Source: Capsulimonadaceae bacterium
Lineage (GTDB): Bacteria > Armatimonadota > Armatimonadia > Armatimonadales > Capsulimonadaceae
Reading direction: 5' to 3'
Assembly: GCA_965215505.1 (NCBI GenBank)
Contig: OZ244065.1
Span: 992,001 to 1,056,000 of the forward strand
Length of the DNA: 64,000 bases
Part shown: piece by piece, positions 1 through 9,780 of the stretch
How positions within the stretch are numbered: position 1 is the stretch's first letter
How the letters are laid out: the number at the start of each line of letters is the position of its first letter
Program-made: the position numbers and the translations under genes
Notes under the pieces: generated by a model
What the model saw: the letters and a program-made list of their open reading frames with translations, nothing else
Database searches by the model: none
Told to the model about the DNA's origin: nothing

Positions 1-2
1 GG

Positions 3-755
3 GCCTTCGACTGGCTGGAAAAGCGCCCCGACATCGACCCCGCCCGCATGGGCGTCTCGGGCATCAGCCTCGGCGGCGTCCTGGCCCCGCTGGTTGCGGG
101 CGTGGACCGGAGGGCGCGTCTACTCGTGACCATCGTCGGGGGCGTGGACGTTTCCGACGTCGTCTTCGACAGTTTCATCACGTCCGGCCTGCACCCGGCC
201 CTGCTCTATCACGGCGTCACCTTCGACTCGCTGAAGCGAGACATGGCCCCGGTCGAGCCGGCCAACTGGCTGCGCGGCTTCGACCCGAAAAACGCCCTAC
301 TGTTCAACGGCCGCTACGACGTCTTCATCTCGCCCAAGCAGGCCCACCACTTGTCGGAAGCTCTCGGCGGCGCGCGCATCGTCTGGACCCCGACGGGCCA
401 TTACGGCGCGGTCTTCGCCCAGAAGCAGATCGAGGACGTCGGCATCAAGTTCCTGCGGTCGCGCTTCGGCATGGACCCCGCGCCCTACGTCCCGCCGTCC
501 TCGCTGTCCGCGCCCACCATCAAGATCGGCCTGCTGGTCGGCGGGCAGGAGGGCGTCAGCCCCGCCCTCGCCTATCAGGCCATCACGTTCGGCCCGAAAG
601 ACCGGCTTTCCCTGGACGGCCAGCTCACCCTGCACGGGCTGGCCGTCGCGCCCTCGTTCCGGCTGGACGAGAGCAATTCCGTCGGGGTCGAGTTCCCCCT
701 GCTGCACGGCAAGCCCCGCACGCGCCTGTTCTACATGTTCCACTTCGTCCTGTGA
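3..755 (+). CDS. alpha/beta hydrolase (5'-truncated by window edge)
   Basis: Frame is open from base 3 (AFDWLEKRPDIDPARMGVSGISLGG); G-x-S-x-G nucleophile, later Asp (GRYD) and His (TGHY). Confidence 0.8.
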   Translation, partial: AFDWLEKRPDIDPARMGVSGISLGGVLAPLVAGVDRRARLLVTIVGGVDVSDVVFDSFITSGLHPALLYHGVTFDSLKRDMAPVEPANWLRGFDPKNALLFNGRYDVFISPKQAHHLSEALGGARIVWTPTGHYGAVFAQKQIEDVGIKFLRSRFGMDPAPYVPPSSLSAPTIKIGLLVGGQEGVSPALAYQAITFGPKDRLSLDGQLTLHGLAVAPSFRLDESNSVGVEFPLLHGKPRTRLFYMFHFVL

Positions 756-839
756 CGGATTTCACAGTGCGAGCCGTGCCGAGGGGCCATACTATGCCGT
801 AGAGAACGATCAACAAACTTCGTGACCGGGAGGTCCCCC

Positions 840-2336
840 ATGTTCCGCACGCTGACCCACACGCTTTTGTGGAGTGCATTGCTCACTCTTTTCGTCGCCC
901 AGGCGCGGCCGTCCGCCGCCCAATTGCCGGCGTCCTCCTTCGGTCCGGTCGTGTTCCAGGCGCGCGTCCTGGACCGGCAGGGCCGGCCCGTCGCCGGCCT
1001 CCCCCTCCGCTTCACCACCGACCTGAACGGCGTCGCCCGACGCGACAGCGGCTCGGGGGAGGGCGTCATCGCCGGTGCGACACGGACCGTCTCGACCGAC
1101 GCGGCGGGCCTCGCGACCTGGCGGATGTCGGGTCTGCCCTGGACGCATGAGGCGGACTGGTTTAGGGGCCGCGTCTCGCTGACCGTTGCGCTCCCGCAGG
1201 ATGGCCGGCGCGAACTCACCGCGCTGGGCGATGACGCCGCGACGGAGGCTTTGACCTTACCCCAAGCAGATGCCCTGGCTTCGCCGCTCACCATCCAGGT
1301 CTATGAGGAAGCCGACCGGCACATCCGCGGCTTCCCCGTGTGGTCCGCCCTCAACGGGCGGATGGACAAGGTCGTCGTCTTGCTGGAAGGGTTCGACCTG
1401 TACAACCGCATCAGCGCCACCGACCTGATGGGGCTGATCTCGCCCGCCTCGGACGCGCTCCGGGCACGGGGCGTCAGCGTCCTCGTCGTCCACTTCCCCG
1501 ACTCGCACCTGACGCCGGACAGACTGGCCCCCTATGCCGCACAGGCGATCCGGGCGGCGGCGCGGGCCTCCGGCCATCCGGTCGCCGTGGTGGGCCTGAG
1601 CGCGGGCGGCATCATCGCCCGCTATGCCCTGGTCGAAGCCGAAGAGAGCGGGACGCCGCTCCCCGTTAATACGTTCCTCAGCATGGACTGTCCCAACCGG
1701 GGCGCGCGGGTGAACCCGCAGCTCCAGGCCATCGTGCTGCGCTACGGGACGCCCTCCGACAAGGCCGCGCTCGCCAGCGAAGCCGCGCGCGTCCTGCTCA
1801 CCGAACAGCCCGCAGACGTCCGCTGGAAGTGGATCGGCCTGCCGCTTGCGGGCCGCGCCATGCCCGTAAGCGTCCGGGCGGACAGCAGCCTCCACGATGC
1901 CTTCTACGACCGCCTGCACCATCTGAACGACCACAACGGCTACCCGAAGCACTGCCGCCTGGTCGGAGTCGCGAGCGGCAGCCGCCGGGGCGGCTCCCCC
2001 GCCGGACGCCTGCTCACACTCTGGCTGCCCTACACCTACGGCTGGACGCTCCCCGCCGCCGCCGAGGACCGCGCGCCCGGCTCCGTCCTGCCGCCCTACT
2101 ATGTGGGCCGCTTCACGACCGTTTACCCGCTGGGCGTGGCCGGCGCGACTCTCCGCACCGCGCCGACGTTCATCCCGACCGCCTCCGCGCTGGACGCCGG
2201 GCCGGACGAGACGCCGCCGTTCGACGCCTGGTACGCCCTCCCCGACGGCACCCCGCCCATCCCCCACGACTCGGTCGCCCCGGACGAGGCCCGTTTCGTC
2301 GTCGGCATACTCCTGGCGAGCGATTGGGGTAAGTAG
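840..2336 (+). CDS. secreted alpha/beta hydrolase (lipase/esterase-like)
   Basis: GGGAGG RBS before ATG 840; signal peptide; EGFD, GLSAGG and DCPNRGA motifs. Confidence 0.7.
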   Translation: MFRTLTHTLLWSALLTLFVAQARPSAAQLPASSFGPVVFQARVLDRQGRPVAGLPLRFTTDLNGVARRDSGSGEGVIAGATRTVSTDAAGLATWRMSGLPWTHEADWFRGRVSLTVALPQDGRRELTALGDDAATEALTLPQADALASPLTIQVYEEADRHIRGFPVWSALNGRMDKVVVLLEGFDLYNRISATDLMGLISPASDALRARGVSVLVVHFPDSHLTPDRLAPYAAQAIRAAARASGHPVAVVGLSAGGIIARYALVEAEESGTPLPVNTFLSMDCPNRGARVNPQLQAIVLRYGTPSDKAALASEAARVLLTEQPADVRWKWIGLPLAGRAMPVSVRADSSLHDAFYDRLHHLNDHNGYPKHCRLVGVASGSRRGGSPAGRLLTLWLPYTYGWTLPAAAEDRAPGSVLPPYYVGRFTTVYPLGVAGATLRTAPTFIPTASALDAGPDETPPFDAWYALPDGTPPIPHDSVAPDEARFVVGILLASDWGK

Positions 2337-2378
2337 TCTCGGCACGCAGATTAGGCGGAGCCAAGAAGGGCCAAACTC

Positions 2379-3182
2379 TTGAAAGACATCCTTGAACACA
2401 ACCGGGTCGCCTGGGACAAGCTGGGCGAACAGGGGAACCAGTGGACCATCGCCTACGATCCCACGAAGATCGCCGCCGCACGGCGGGGAGAATGGGAACT
2501 CTACTTGACCGAGCAGAGGCCGGTCCCGAAACACTGGTTCCCGCGGCTCGAAGGGGCCGATGTCCTCTGCCTCGCCTCCGGCGGCGGGCAGCAGGCGCCG
2601 CTCCTGGCGGCCGTGGGGGCGAACGTCACCGTGTTCGACAACTCCCCGAACCAGTTGAGTCAGGACCGGCTGGTCGCGGACCGCGAGGGACTGCCGCTGA
2701 CGACGGTCCAGGGGGACATGGCCGACCTGAGCGTGTTCGTCGGGGAAGCCATCTTCGACCTCATCGTCCATCCGGTCTCGAATCTCTTCGTGCCGGACGT
2801 CCGCCCGGTCTGGCGGGAGGCGTACCGCGTGCTGCGTCCGGGCGGCGTGCTGCTGGCAGGCTTCCTCAACCCAGCCTCCTATATTTTCGACCACAACCAG
2901 GCCAACCGGGGCGTCTTCGAGGTCAAATACAAGCTGCCCTATTCCGATATGGGCAGCATGTCGGAGGCGGAACGGGCGGCGGCGTTCGGCGCAGAGTCGC
3001 CGCTGGAGTTCAGTCACAGCCTGGAAGATCAGATCGGTGGCCAGACGGACGCGGGGTTCGTGGTGACGGGGCTGTACGAGGACAAGCGGCGCGGCGACCC
3101 GCTGGCGGAGTTCTTCCCGTCCTACCTCGCGACTCGGGCCTTCAAGCCCCCGAATGTAGGAACGTCCACGGGCCGGGCATGA
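2379..3182 (+). CDS. class I SAM-dependent methyltransferase
   Basis: [11 protein letters not shown] motif I, GDMADL and RVLRPGG motifs; TTG start. Confidence 0.9.
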   Translation: MKDILEHNRVAWDKLGEQGNQWTIAYDPTKIAAARRGEWELYLTEQRPVPKHWFPRLEGADVLCLASGGGQQAPLLAAVGANVTVFDNSPNQLSQDRLVADREGLPLTTVQGDMADLSVFVGEAIFDLIVHPVSNLFVPDVRPVWREAYRVLRPGGVLLAGFLNPASYIFDHNQANRGVFEVKYKLPYSDMGSMSEAERAAAFGAESPLEFSHSLEDQIGGQTDAGFVVTGLYEDKRRGDPLAEFFPSYLATRAFKPPNVGTSTGRA

Positions 3183-3219
3183 CTTCGGCGTCATGACTTC
3201 GGCGTCATGACTTCGGCGT
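3178..3219. repeat. 3 x 14-bp tandem repeat CATGACTTCGGCGT
   Basis: Three exact copies between convergent genes. Confidence 0.9.
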
Positions 3220-3238
3220 AGAGTTTTCGCTGCGGCCG

Positions 3239-3562
3239 TCATGCCGCCAGCCGCTTTGCCTTCTTCTTGGGGATGACCGCATCGGTGGCCTGGGCGGGGG
3301 TCTGCCTGGCCTGAGCGAGTAGCTGGTCGAAATCAGAGGGCGCGGCGACGCCCTTACCGGCAACGGACGCACGCGCGGCGGCCAGATGCAGTGGGCGTAG
3401 GGTTGCGGAAGCGTCTTCTCGGGGCAGAGTGATCACGGCATCAAACTCTGTGTTGCGGAACATCGTAAACTCCGGCATCTTGTGCCTCTCACATCCGAGG
3501 AGGGCAAGCGCCTGGGCCAACTGGTCGAAGGTAACGGTTTGTGATGGTCGGCTTTTAGTCAT
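3239..3562 (-). CDS. small hypothetical protein, possibly HicA-like fold
   Basis: ORF MTKSRPSQTVTFDQLAQALALLGCER...VITLP; start uncertain. Confidence 0.45.
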   Translation of the reverse strand: MTKSRPSQTVTFDQLAQALALLGCERHKMPEFTMFRNTEFDAVITLPREDASATLRPLHLAAARASVAGKGVAAPSDFDQLLAQARQTPAQATDAVIPKKKAKRLAA

Positions 3563-3765
3563 GGTGGTCAATGACTTTCTCAAGCTCTCTTTGAATCTCA
3601 TTCTTGTATTGCCGGAACAATTCCATAGCGGCCCCTGACTTTCGGGTCTGCTCTCGGGTGTTCTTCGCCTGGGAACGTGCCGCTGTCTGTCCAGCCAGAC
3701 TGCCGCTTCCATCATAGCACGTTTCACGACCGCTAGGCGCGGGCAGGGCTGAGACACCTGCGACC

Positions 3766-3794
3766 TTGACACGCGCCCAGTTTGCTGATAGACT
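3766..3794 (+). promoter_or_regulatory. sigma70-type promoter
   Basis: TTGACA-17 bp-TAGACT upstream of ATG 3823. Confidence 0.7.
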
Positions 3795-3822
3795 CTCTTT
3801 AATCACAATTTGGAGGGAACCC

Positions 3823-4101
3823 ATGGAACCACCCCAGCTTCAGCAGGACAGTGCCGCCTGGCGCTTCTTCGTGCAGGCTTCGTTCGCCATCTCGCTCATC
3901 CTGATGAGTGTCGGGATTTTCGAGCTGCCGGTCAACATCTGGATGCGCGGCTTCCTGGGCATGGGCCTCTTCTTCACGGTCAGCTCGACCATCACCATGG
4001 CGAAGACGATGCGCGACGGTCACGAGTCGCACAAGCTCATCCGGCGGCTGACGGACGCCAAGACCGAGAAAATCCTCCACGAGTACGAACTCAAGCCTTG
4101 A
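3823..4101 (+). CDS. YiaA/YiaB-like two-helix inner membrane protein
   Basis: GGAGGG RBS; two hydrophobic helices followed by AKTMRD motif. Confidence 0.75.
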   Translation: MEPPQLQQDSAAWRFFVQASFAISLILMSVGIFELPVNIWMRGFLGMGLFFTVSSTITMAKTMRDGHESHKLIRRLTDAKTEKILHEYELKP

Positions 4102-4112
4102 AACCAAGAACC

Positions 4113-5915
4113 ATGCCCAACAACCTGAACGCATTACACGACACCGTCAACACGCGCTTCGCCGAGGCCGCGCGCAAGTACCCCGACCGGCCCGCGCTTT
4201 CCAGCAAGCCGCACGGCAGCAAGACCTGGGAAACCTTGACCTACCAGGACCTCGCCGCCCGCGTCCGGCGGGTCGCCCTGGGCCTGCGCGCGCTGGGCAT
4301 CGAGCGGGGGGACCGGGTGGCGATCCTCTCCGAGAACCGGCCCGAGTGGGCCATCCTGGACCTGGCGGCTCTCGCCGCAGGGGCGGTTTCTGTCCCGGTC
4401 TATCCCACCCTGCCCGCCTCGCAGATCGCCCACATCCTGTCCGACAGCGGCGCGAAGGCGGTCGTCGCCGAGAACGCTAAGCAGGCATCGAAGGTGGCTG
4501 AGGCGCGCGCGTCCGCCCCCGAGTTGGCCCTGGTCATCGCGCTGGACGAGGCGGCGGCGAAAGACGGCATCCTCTCGCTCGATGCCGTCGTCGAAGCGGG
4601 CGAGGCGGCGCAATTCGAGGAAAGCTATGAGGCCCGGCGCGACTCGGTCCAGTCGGACGACCTGATGAGTCTGGTCTACACCTCAGGGACGACCGGCAAT
4701 CCCAAAGGGGCGATGCTGACGCATGGCAACATGACGGCCGCCCTGGATGCCGCCAACCACCAGTTCCCGCAGTTCCAGCCGCCCAACGACGTGTTCCTCT
4801 CGTTCCTGCCCCTCTCGCACGTCTTCGAGCGCGTCACCTACAACCTCGCCATCACGCAGGGGGCGCACACGCGCTTCAACGACAGCATCTTCAAGCTCAT
4901 GGACAACCTGGCCGAGCTGGAGCCGACCGTCATGCAGTGCGTCCCGCGCGTCCACGAGAGCATCCACGACCGCGTCTCGGACGGCATCAAGAAGATGCCC
5001 GACCGCCGCCGGACCCTGACCTACTGGGCGCTCGGCGTCGGCGACTCGGTCTCGCGCCGCCGGAACGCGGGCAAGCCCATCAGCCCGCTCCAGTTCCTGC
5101 GCTACCTCATCGCCGACAAGCTGGTGCTGTCCAAGGTCCGGGCGCGGTTCGGCGGGCACCTCAAGTTCTTCGTCAGCGGCGGCGCACCACTCACCCCGAA
5201 GACCGCCCACTTCTTCCTCGCCATCGGCATCCCCATCCTGGAGGGCTGGGGCCTGACCGAGACGACGGCGGCGGCGACCGCCAACCAGTCTGGCCGCGTC
5301 AAGGTCGGCACGGTCGGCGTGCCGATGCTGAACGTCCAGGTCAAGACTGCCGAGGACGGCGAGATCCTGGTCAAAGGCCCGACCGTCATGCGCGGCTACT
5401 GGAACCACCCCGAGGCGACCGCCGAGGTCATTGACGGCGAGGGCTGGTTCCACACCGGCGACATCGGCGAGATAGACGCCAAAGGGTACGTCAAGATCAC
5501 CGACCGCAAGAAGGACATCCTCGTCCTGGCGAACGGCAAGAAGGTCGCCCCCCAGCCCATCGAGAACATGCTCAAGCGCAGCGCCCTCCTGACCGAAGTG
5601 GTCCTGCTCGGCGACGGCTCCGGCACGGTCGGCGCGCTCGTCGTCCCGAACTTCGACGCGCTGAAAGCCTGGGCCAAGGAGCAGGGCAAGGACCTCAAAA
5701 CGAATGAGGCCTTGACCGCCGATTCGGGCGCGCGTAAGTTCGTCAAGTCCGAGATAGACAAGCTCTCCAAGGAGTTGGCTGACTTCGAGAAGATCAAGCG
5801 CGTCGCCCTCATCGCCCACGTCTTCTCCCAGGAAGGCGGCGAATTGACACCCACCTTGAAGGTCAAGCGCCGCGTCGTCGCCGAGAAATACGGGTCACTG
5901 CTGGAAAAGGAATAG
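4113..5915 (+). CDS. fadD: long-chain fatty acid--CoA ligase (AMP-dependent synthetase)
   Basis: YTSGTTGNPKG, FLPLSHVFER, GWGLTET, WFHTGDIG and LTPTLKVKR motifs. Confidence 0.92.
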   Translation: MPNNLNALHDTVNTRFAEAARKYPDRPALSSKPHGSKTWETLTYQDLAARVRRVALGLRALGIERGDRVAILSENRPEWAILDLAALAAGAVSVPVYPTLPASQIAHILSDSGAKAVVAENAKQASKVAEARASAPELALVIALDEAAAKDGILSLDAVVEAGEAAQFEESYEARRDSVQSDDLMSLVYTSGTTGNPKGAMLTHGNMTAALDAANHQFPQFQPPNDVFLSFLPLSHVFERVTYNLAITQGAHTRFNDSIFKLMDNLAELEPTVMQCVPRVHESIHDRVSDGIKKMPDRRRTLTYWALGVGDSVSRRRNAGKPISPLQFLRYLIADKLVLSKVRARFGGHLKFFVSGGAPLTPKTAHFFLAIGIPILEGWGLTETTAAATANQSGRVKVGTVGVPMLNVQVKTAEDGEILVKGPTVMRGYWNHPEATAEVIDGEGWFHTGDIGEIDAKGYVKITDRKKDILVLANGKKVAPQPIENMLKRSALLTEVVLLGDGSGTVGALVVPNFDALKAWAKEQGKDLKTNEALTADSGARKFVKSEIDKLSKELADFEKIKRVALIAHVFSQEGGELTPTLKVKRRVVAEKYGSLLEKE

Positions 5916-5925
5916 ACCGCCTACG

Positions 5926-6028
5926 GCCCCCAATTCTGAAGGAGCGCCCTGTAGGGGCGCTGCTTGCCGCGCCCTCTTCCCCGGTCTGGCTCCTCTCCGG
6001 TCCCCCCAGAATTGGGAGCCAGGGGGCG
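5926..6028. repeat. cluster of REP-like palindromes
   Basis: GTAG-led hairpin GTAGGGGCGC...GCGCCCT at 5951-5975; CCCCCAGAATTGGGAGCCAGGGGGC at ~6002-6028 with a partial inverted copy at ~5927. Confidence 0.6.
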
Positions 6029-6075
6029 ACCTGCGCCCTCCGCGACTTAACCAGAAATAGGGAGCGCCCGGCCCG

Positions 6076-7269
6076 TTGACCGTCTACAGCATCACGCTCC
6101 TGCTGATCGTGGCGACCCTGGTGGCACTGGCCGCGCGCCGCCTCCGAGTCCCCTACACGGTCGGCCTGGTCGTGGCCGGCGCGGGCCTCGCCCTGGCGCA
6201 CGTCCACACCGGCACCGCCCTGACCGGACGGTTGCTGTTCACCGCCCTCCTGCCGCCGCTGCTGTTCGAGGCAGCCCTGAGCCTGTCCTGGGCGGAGCTA
6301 AGGCGGGACGCCCTGCCGATCCTGACCCTGGCGACAGCGGGCGTAGTCGTCTCGGCCCTAGCCGTGGCGGCCGGGATGGCGTTGCTGGTGCATTGGCCCT
6401 GGCCCGCCGCCCTCGTCTTCGGCGTCCTGATCGCCGCCACTGACCCCGTTTCCGTCTTAGCCACTTTCAAGGAAAACGGCGTCGTCGGGCGGCTGCGGCT
6501 GCTGGTCGAGGCCGAAAGCCTGCTCAATGACGGCGTGGCCGCCGTCCTGTTTGCGCTGGCCGTCACCTACGCCCAGGGCGGGGGCGCGGCGGGACACGCG
6601 GGCTGGCTCACCCTGCTGCTCTCGACCGGCGGCGGCCTGCTCATCGGCGCGCTCTGCGGCGGCGTTGCGGTCGCCCTGGCCGGTCGGCCCACCGCCGACC
6701 ATCTGGTCGAGACGGCCCTGACGGCGGCCTCCGCCTACGGCTCGTTCCTGCTGGCCGACCACTTCCACGTCTCGGGTGTCCTGGCAACGGTCACGGCGGG
6801 CCTGGTCATGGGCAACGTCGGGGCCTTGCAGACCGCCGACTCGCGGTTTTTCAGCGAGCGGGGCCGCGAGGTCGTCCTCGCCTTCTGGGACTTCGCCGCC
6901 TTCGTCGCCAACTCCCTCATCTTCCTGCTGATCGGCCAGGGCAACGCCGCCATCGGCTTCTCCGGGCTGGGGCTGACCGCCATCGCCGCCGCCGTTGTTC
7001 TCGTCTGGGCGGGCCGGGCCCTGACCGTCTATCCTCTCTGCGCCCTGTTCGCCCGGTCGCGCCTGCGGATTGCGCGTCACCACCAGCACGTCCTGTTCTG
7101 GGGCGGCATGCGCGGCGCTTTAGCCTTGGCACTGGCCCTGAGCCTGCCGCCGGAGATGTCGTATCGAAGCCAGATCGTGATCGCCACCTTCAGCGTCGTG
7201 GCCTTCTCGGTCATCGTCCAGGGGATCGCCATGCCCCTCCTGCTGAAACGCTGGAACCTGCTGCCGTGA
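6076..7269 (+). CDS. CPA1-family Na+/H+ antiporter
   Basis: LLPPLLFE, ATDPVSV, ESLLNDG and WGGMRGAL motifs; many TM helices. Confidence 0.92.
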   Translation: MTVYSITLLLIVATLVALAARRLRVPYTVGLVVAGAGLALAHVHTGTALTGRLLFTALLPPLLFEAALSLSWAELRRDALPILTLATAGVVVSALAVAAGMALLVHWPWPAALVFGVLIAATDPVSVLATFKENGVVGRLRLLVEAESLLNDGVAAVLFALAVTYAQGGGAAGHAGWLTLLLSTGGGLLIGALCGGVAVALAGRPTADHLVETALTAASAYGSFLLADHFHVSGVLATVTAGLVMGNVGALQTADSRFFSERGREVVLAFWDFAAFVANSLIFLLIGQGNAAIGFSGLGLTAIAAAVVLVWAGRALTVYPLCALFARSRLRIARHHQHVLFWGGMRGALALALALSLPPEMSYRSQIVIATFSVVAFSVIVQGIAMPLLLKRWNLLP

Positions 7270-7301
7270 GCCATGCGTCTATAAACAACTGGAACATCGC
7301 G

Positions 7302-7805
7302 ATGGAACATCAACTTAGCTTCACCGTTACGAAAGACCTTGCGACGACCGCCTCGCGTCGCTTCTGGCTTCAGCATGTCGGTTGGGACGGGTTGATTTGG
7401 TGGGCAGTCATTTCCGTGGGGCTTATTATCGCCAGTATTCTCAACTGGCCGAATTGGTTCAACGGCGTATTCGGCGGTCTATTGGCACTTGTGGTCGTTT
7501 GCTTACCGTGGCTTGGGCCAGTCGGCTACTTCACGTTCATGCGCCGGGCATCCCGAAGGTACGACCGAATGCAGAACAAGCTGATCTCATACCACTTTAC
7601 CGAGAAGGGTCTAGAGACGAAATCGGATTTAGGGAGCGCAGAGATTCCCTGGCGGATGCTGAAAAAAGTGCAGTGCTATCCTGAAGTTTGGCTGCTGATT
7701 TTCGGGCGTGGTTCTTATGCGTATCTCCCCATTGCAGAGATGACCGAGCCGTTGAAGGGCTATATACTTCAGCAAGCAGAGCAGCACGGCGTCCAAGCGG
7801 CCTGA
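7302..7805 (+). CDS. YcxB-like membrane protein
   Basis: Two TM helices then YHFTEKGL...EIPW...YLP pattern; lower GC; start may be GTG 7266. Confidence 0.65.
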   Translation: MEHQLSFTVTKDLATTASRRFWLQHVGWDGLIWWAVISVGLIIASILNWPNWFNGVFGGLLALVVVCLPWLGPVGYFTFMRRASRRYDRMQNKLISYHFTEKGLETKSDLGSAEIPWRMLKKVQCYPEVWLLIFGRGSYAYLPIAEMTEPLKGYILQQAEQHGVQAA

Positions 7806-7863
7806 CGCAGTCATCACGGTCGTTTGATTCTATAGCACATGTTTGATGAGGTACAATTAACCT

Positions 7864-8103
7864 ATGAGCGTTCAAGAGATAGAGGCCGCCGTCACTCAGC
7901 TCCCCTCGCCCGAACTTGCCCAATTTAGGGCATGGTTTGAGGAGTATCAAGCCGACCTTTGGGATCAACAGATCGAGCAAGATGTCCTGTCAGGCCGATT
8001 GAATGCCCTCGCGGATCAGGCTAATTGGGAGTTTGAGGCGGGCCGCTGTCATCTCATGGTCCCTTGTCTCTCAAAGAGGCGTGATAAAGAGGGCAGCAAA
8101 TGA
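7864..8103 (+). CDS. small putative antitoxin-like protein
   Basis: MSVQEIEAAVTQL...WDQQIEQD..SGRL resembles addiction-module antitoxins; TACAAT sits 6 nt before the ATG. Confidence 0.55.
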   Translation: MSVQEIEAAVTQLPSPELAQFRAWFEEYQADLWDQQIEQDVLSGRLNALADQANWEFEAGRCHLMVPCLSKRRDKEGSK

Positions 8104-8561
8104 GAAGATGGCAACAAGCATTTGTTGTTCTCGCACTCGTCTCGGTTGTTGCCCTGGGCGGGATCTCACTCTACCATGTCATACTTAACGACCAGTTGAA
8201 TATGGAAGCAAAAGCAGGGAATTTGTCGGCTGTGCAGATTCTACTGCGCCGAGGTGCTGACATAGAGGGGCGCAGTATTCACTTCAAGACGCCCCTCATG
8301 TCTGCCGCCGAAGGCGGGAACGGGAACGTCATCCTGTTCTTGCTGGGCCGCGGGGCCGATGTGAACGCCCACAACGGGTCGGGTTCCGTTCTGATGTGGG
8401 CAGTCGCGAGCGGGAACGCAGGGGTCGTCCGCACTTTGTTGTTTCGCGGCGCGGACGTCAACTGGCGCAGCGGCGCGGGGGACACGGCCCTGGAAATGGC
8501 GAAGGAATACAAGCAGCCGGCAATCGCCAAGATGCTTCAGTCCGCCGGGGCCAGGAACTAG
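8100..8561 (+). CDS. ankyrin-repeat protein with N-terminal signal/anchor
   Basis: TPLMSAA...GADVNA, SVLMWAV...GADVN and TALEMA repeats. Confidence 0.88.
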   Translation: MRRWQQAFVVLALVSVVALGGISLYHVILNDQLNMEAKAGNLSAVQILLRRGADIEGRSIHFKTPLMSAAEGGNGNVILFLLGRGADVNAHNGSGSVLMWAVASGNAGVVRTLLFRGADVNWRSGAGDTALEMAKEYKQPAIAKMLQSAGARN

Positions 8562-8613
8562 GGGTCGCCCACTGGTTAAAATACGGCGTTTTGGGGAAGC
8601 CGCGCCCCCCGCG

Positions 8614-8642
8614 TTGACATCTCACCCCATAACTGGTATACT
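8614..8642 (+). promoter_or_regulatory. sigma70-type promoter of hrcA
   Basis: TTGACA-17 bp-TATACT, 12 nt upstream of the ATG. Confidence 0.75.
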
Positions 8643-8654
8643 ATTGTCGGCACA

Positions 8655-9704
8655 ATGTATCTTGATGACAGAAAACAGAAGATTTTAGGCGCGGTCGTGC
8701 GCGACTACGTCGAGACGGTCAAGCCGCTCGGCTCCGAGGATCTGGCCGCCCGGCACCAGTGGGGCATCAAGAGCGCGACGATCCGCAACGAGATGGCGGA
8801 GCTTGCCGATCTTGGATTCCTGCGCCAGCCGCACACCAGCGCGGGCCGCATCCCCTCCGACCAGGGTTACCGGTTCTATGTGGACCACCTCATGGTGACG
8901 CAGGAGATGGAGGAGTCGGTCCGGCCCGTCCTGGACGCCGAGGACCAGGCTTTGGAGATGGAGCGGCTGCTGCGGCGCACCTGCGCCCTGCTGACCCAGG
9001 CCACGTCGTACACCTCCGTCGCCACCCCGCCGCGACCCGCCGACACCCAGGTCCGGCAGATCTTCCTGACGCCCGCCGGGGAGGACCGCCTGCTGGTCGT
9101 CATGCTCCTCAGCACCGGACAGGTGGAGAACCGCCTGCTGTGCCCGTCCCAGGCCGACGCGCACGCCGCCTCGCCCGCCGACATCATCGCCCTGGGAAAT
9201 GCTCTCAACGCCGCCTTCGGCGGGCAGCCGCTTGAGGCACTGGCCGGGCAGAACGCCGAGGCCCCCACCGAGTTCGCGCCCCCCCTGCGCTCCCTGTATG
9301 CGATGCTGACGAATGCCGCCCGGCAGATGGCGCAGGCCGCCGTGGACGAGGACAGCGTCTACATGGAGGGCGCGAGCGAGATCCTGCGCCAGCCCGAGTT
9401 CCGCGATGTCGCCAAGATCGAGAGCGTCCTGGACACCTTGCAGCGCGGGACACTGCTGTTCCAGACCCTCTCGCGCGCCCTGCTCGGGCCGGACGTCACC
9501 GTCGTCATCGGGGCGGAAAACCACGTCCCCGCCATGACCGAGTGCAGCGTCGTCACGGCTTCCTACTACGTCGGCACCCGCAAGCGCGGCACCATCGGCG
9601 TCGTCGGCCCGACCCGCATGAACTACGACCGGGCGGTCCCCGCCGTCGGCTTCTTCTCCGGCTCCCTCAGCCGCACCCTCACCCGCCTGGCAGGGCTGTC
9701 CTAA
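8655..9704 (+). CDS. hrcA: heat-inducible transcription repressor HrcA
   Basis: SATIRNEMAEL, QPHTSAGRIPSDQGYRFYVD and GVVGPTRMNY motifs. Confidence 0.96.
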   Translation: MYLDDRKQKILGAVVRDYVETVKPLGSEDLAARHQWGIKSATIRNEMAELADLGFLRQPHTSAGRIPSDQGYRFYVDHLMVTQEMEESVRPVLDAEDQALEMERLLRRTCALLTQATSYTSVATPPRPADTQVRQIFLTPAGEDRLLVVMLLSTGQVENRLLCPSQADAHAASPADIIALGNALNAAFGGQPLEALAGQNAEAPTEFAPPLRSLYAMLTNAARQMAQAAVDEDSVYMEGASEILRQPEFRDVAKIESVLDTLQRGTLLFQTLSRALLGPDVTVVIGAENHVPAMTECSVVTASYYVGTRKRGTIGVVGPTRMNYDRAVPAVGFFSGSLSRTLTRLAGLS

Positions 9705-9780
9705 AAACGGCGGCCCTGTCCGAAAGCCGCCCTGCTTGTGGTACAATGGTTGCCAACCACTCATAAGGAGGGCAACCCCG

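Noticed and set aside
1257-3242. Long antisense ORFs (also 8685-10205, 30983-32638, 37318-38808, 40504-42645, 56735-58084)
   Set aside because: Shadow frames of well-supported genes, expected in high-GC DNA; no recognisable motifs.
3810-4112. 701-aa version of the acyl-CoA ligase
   Set aside because: The extension overlaps the YiaAB-like gene in another frame; ATG 4113 is the plausible start.
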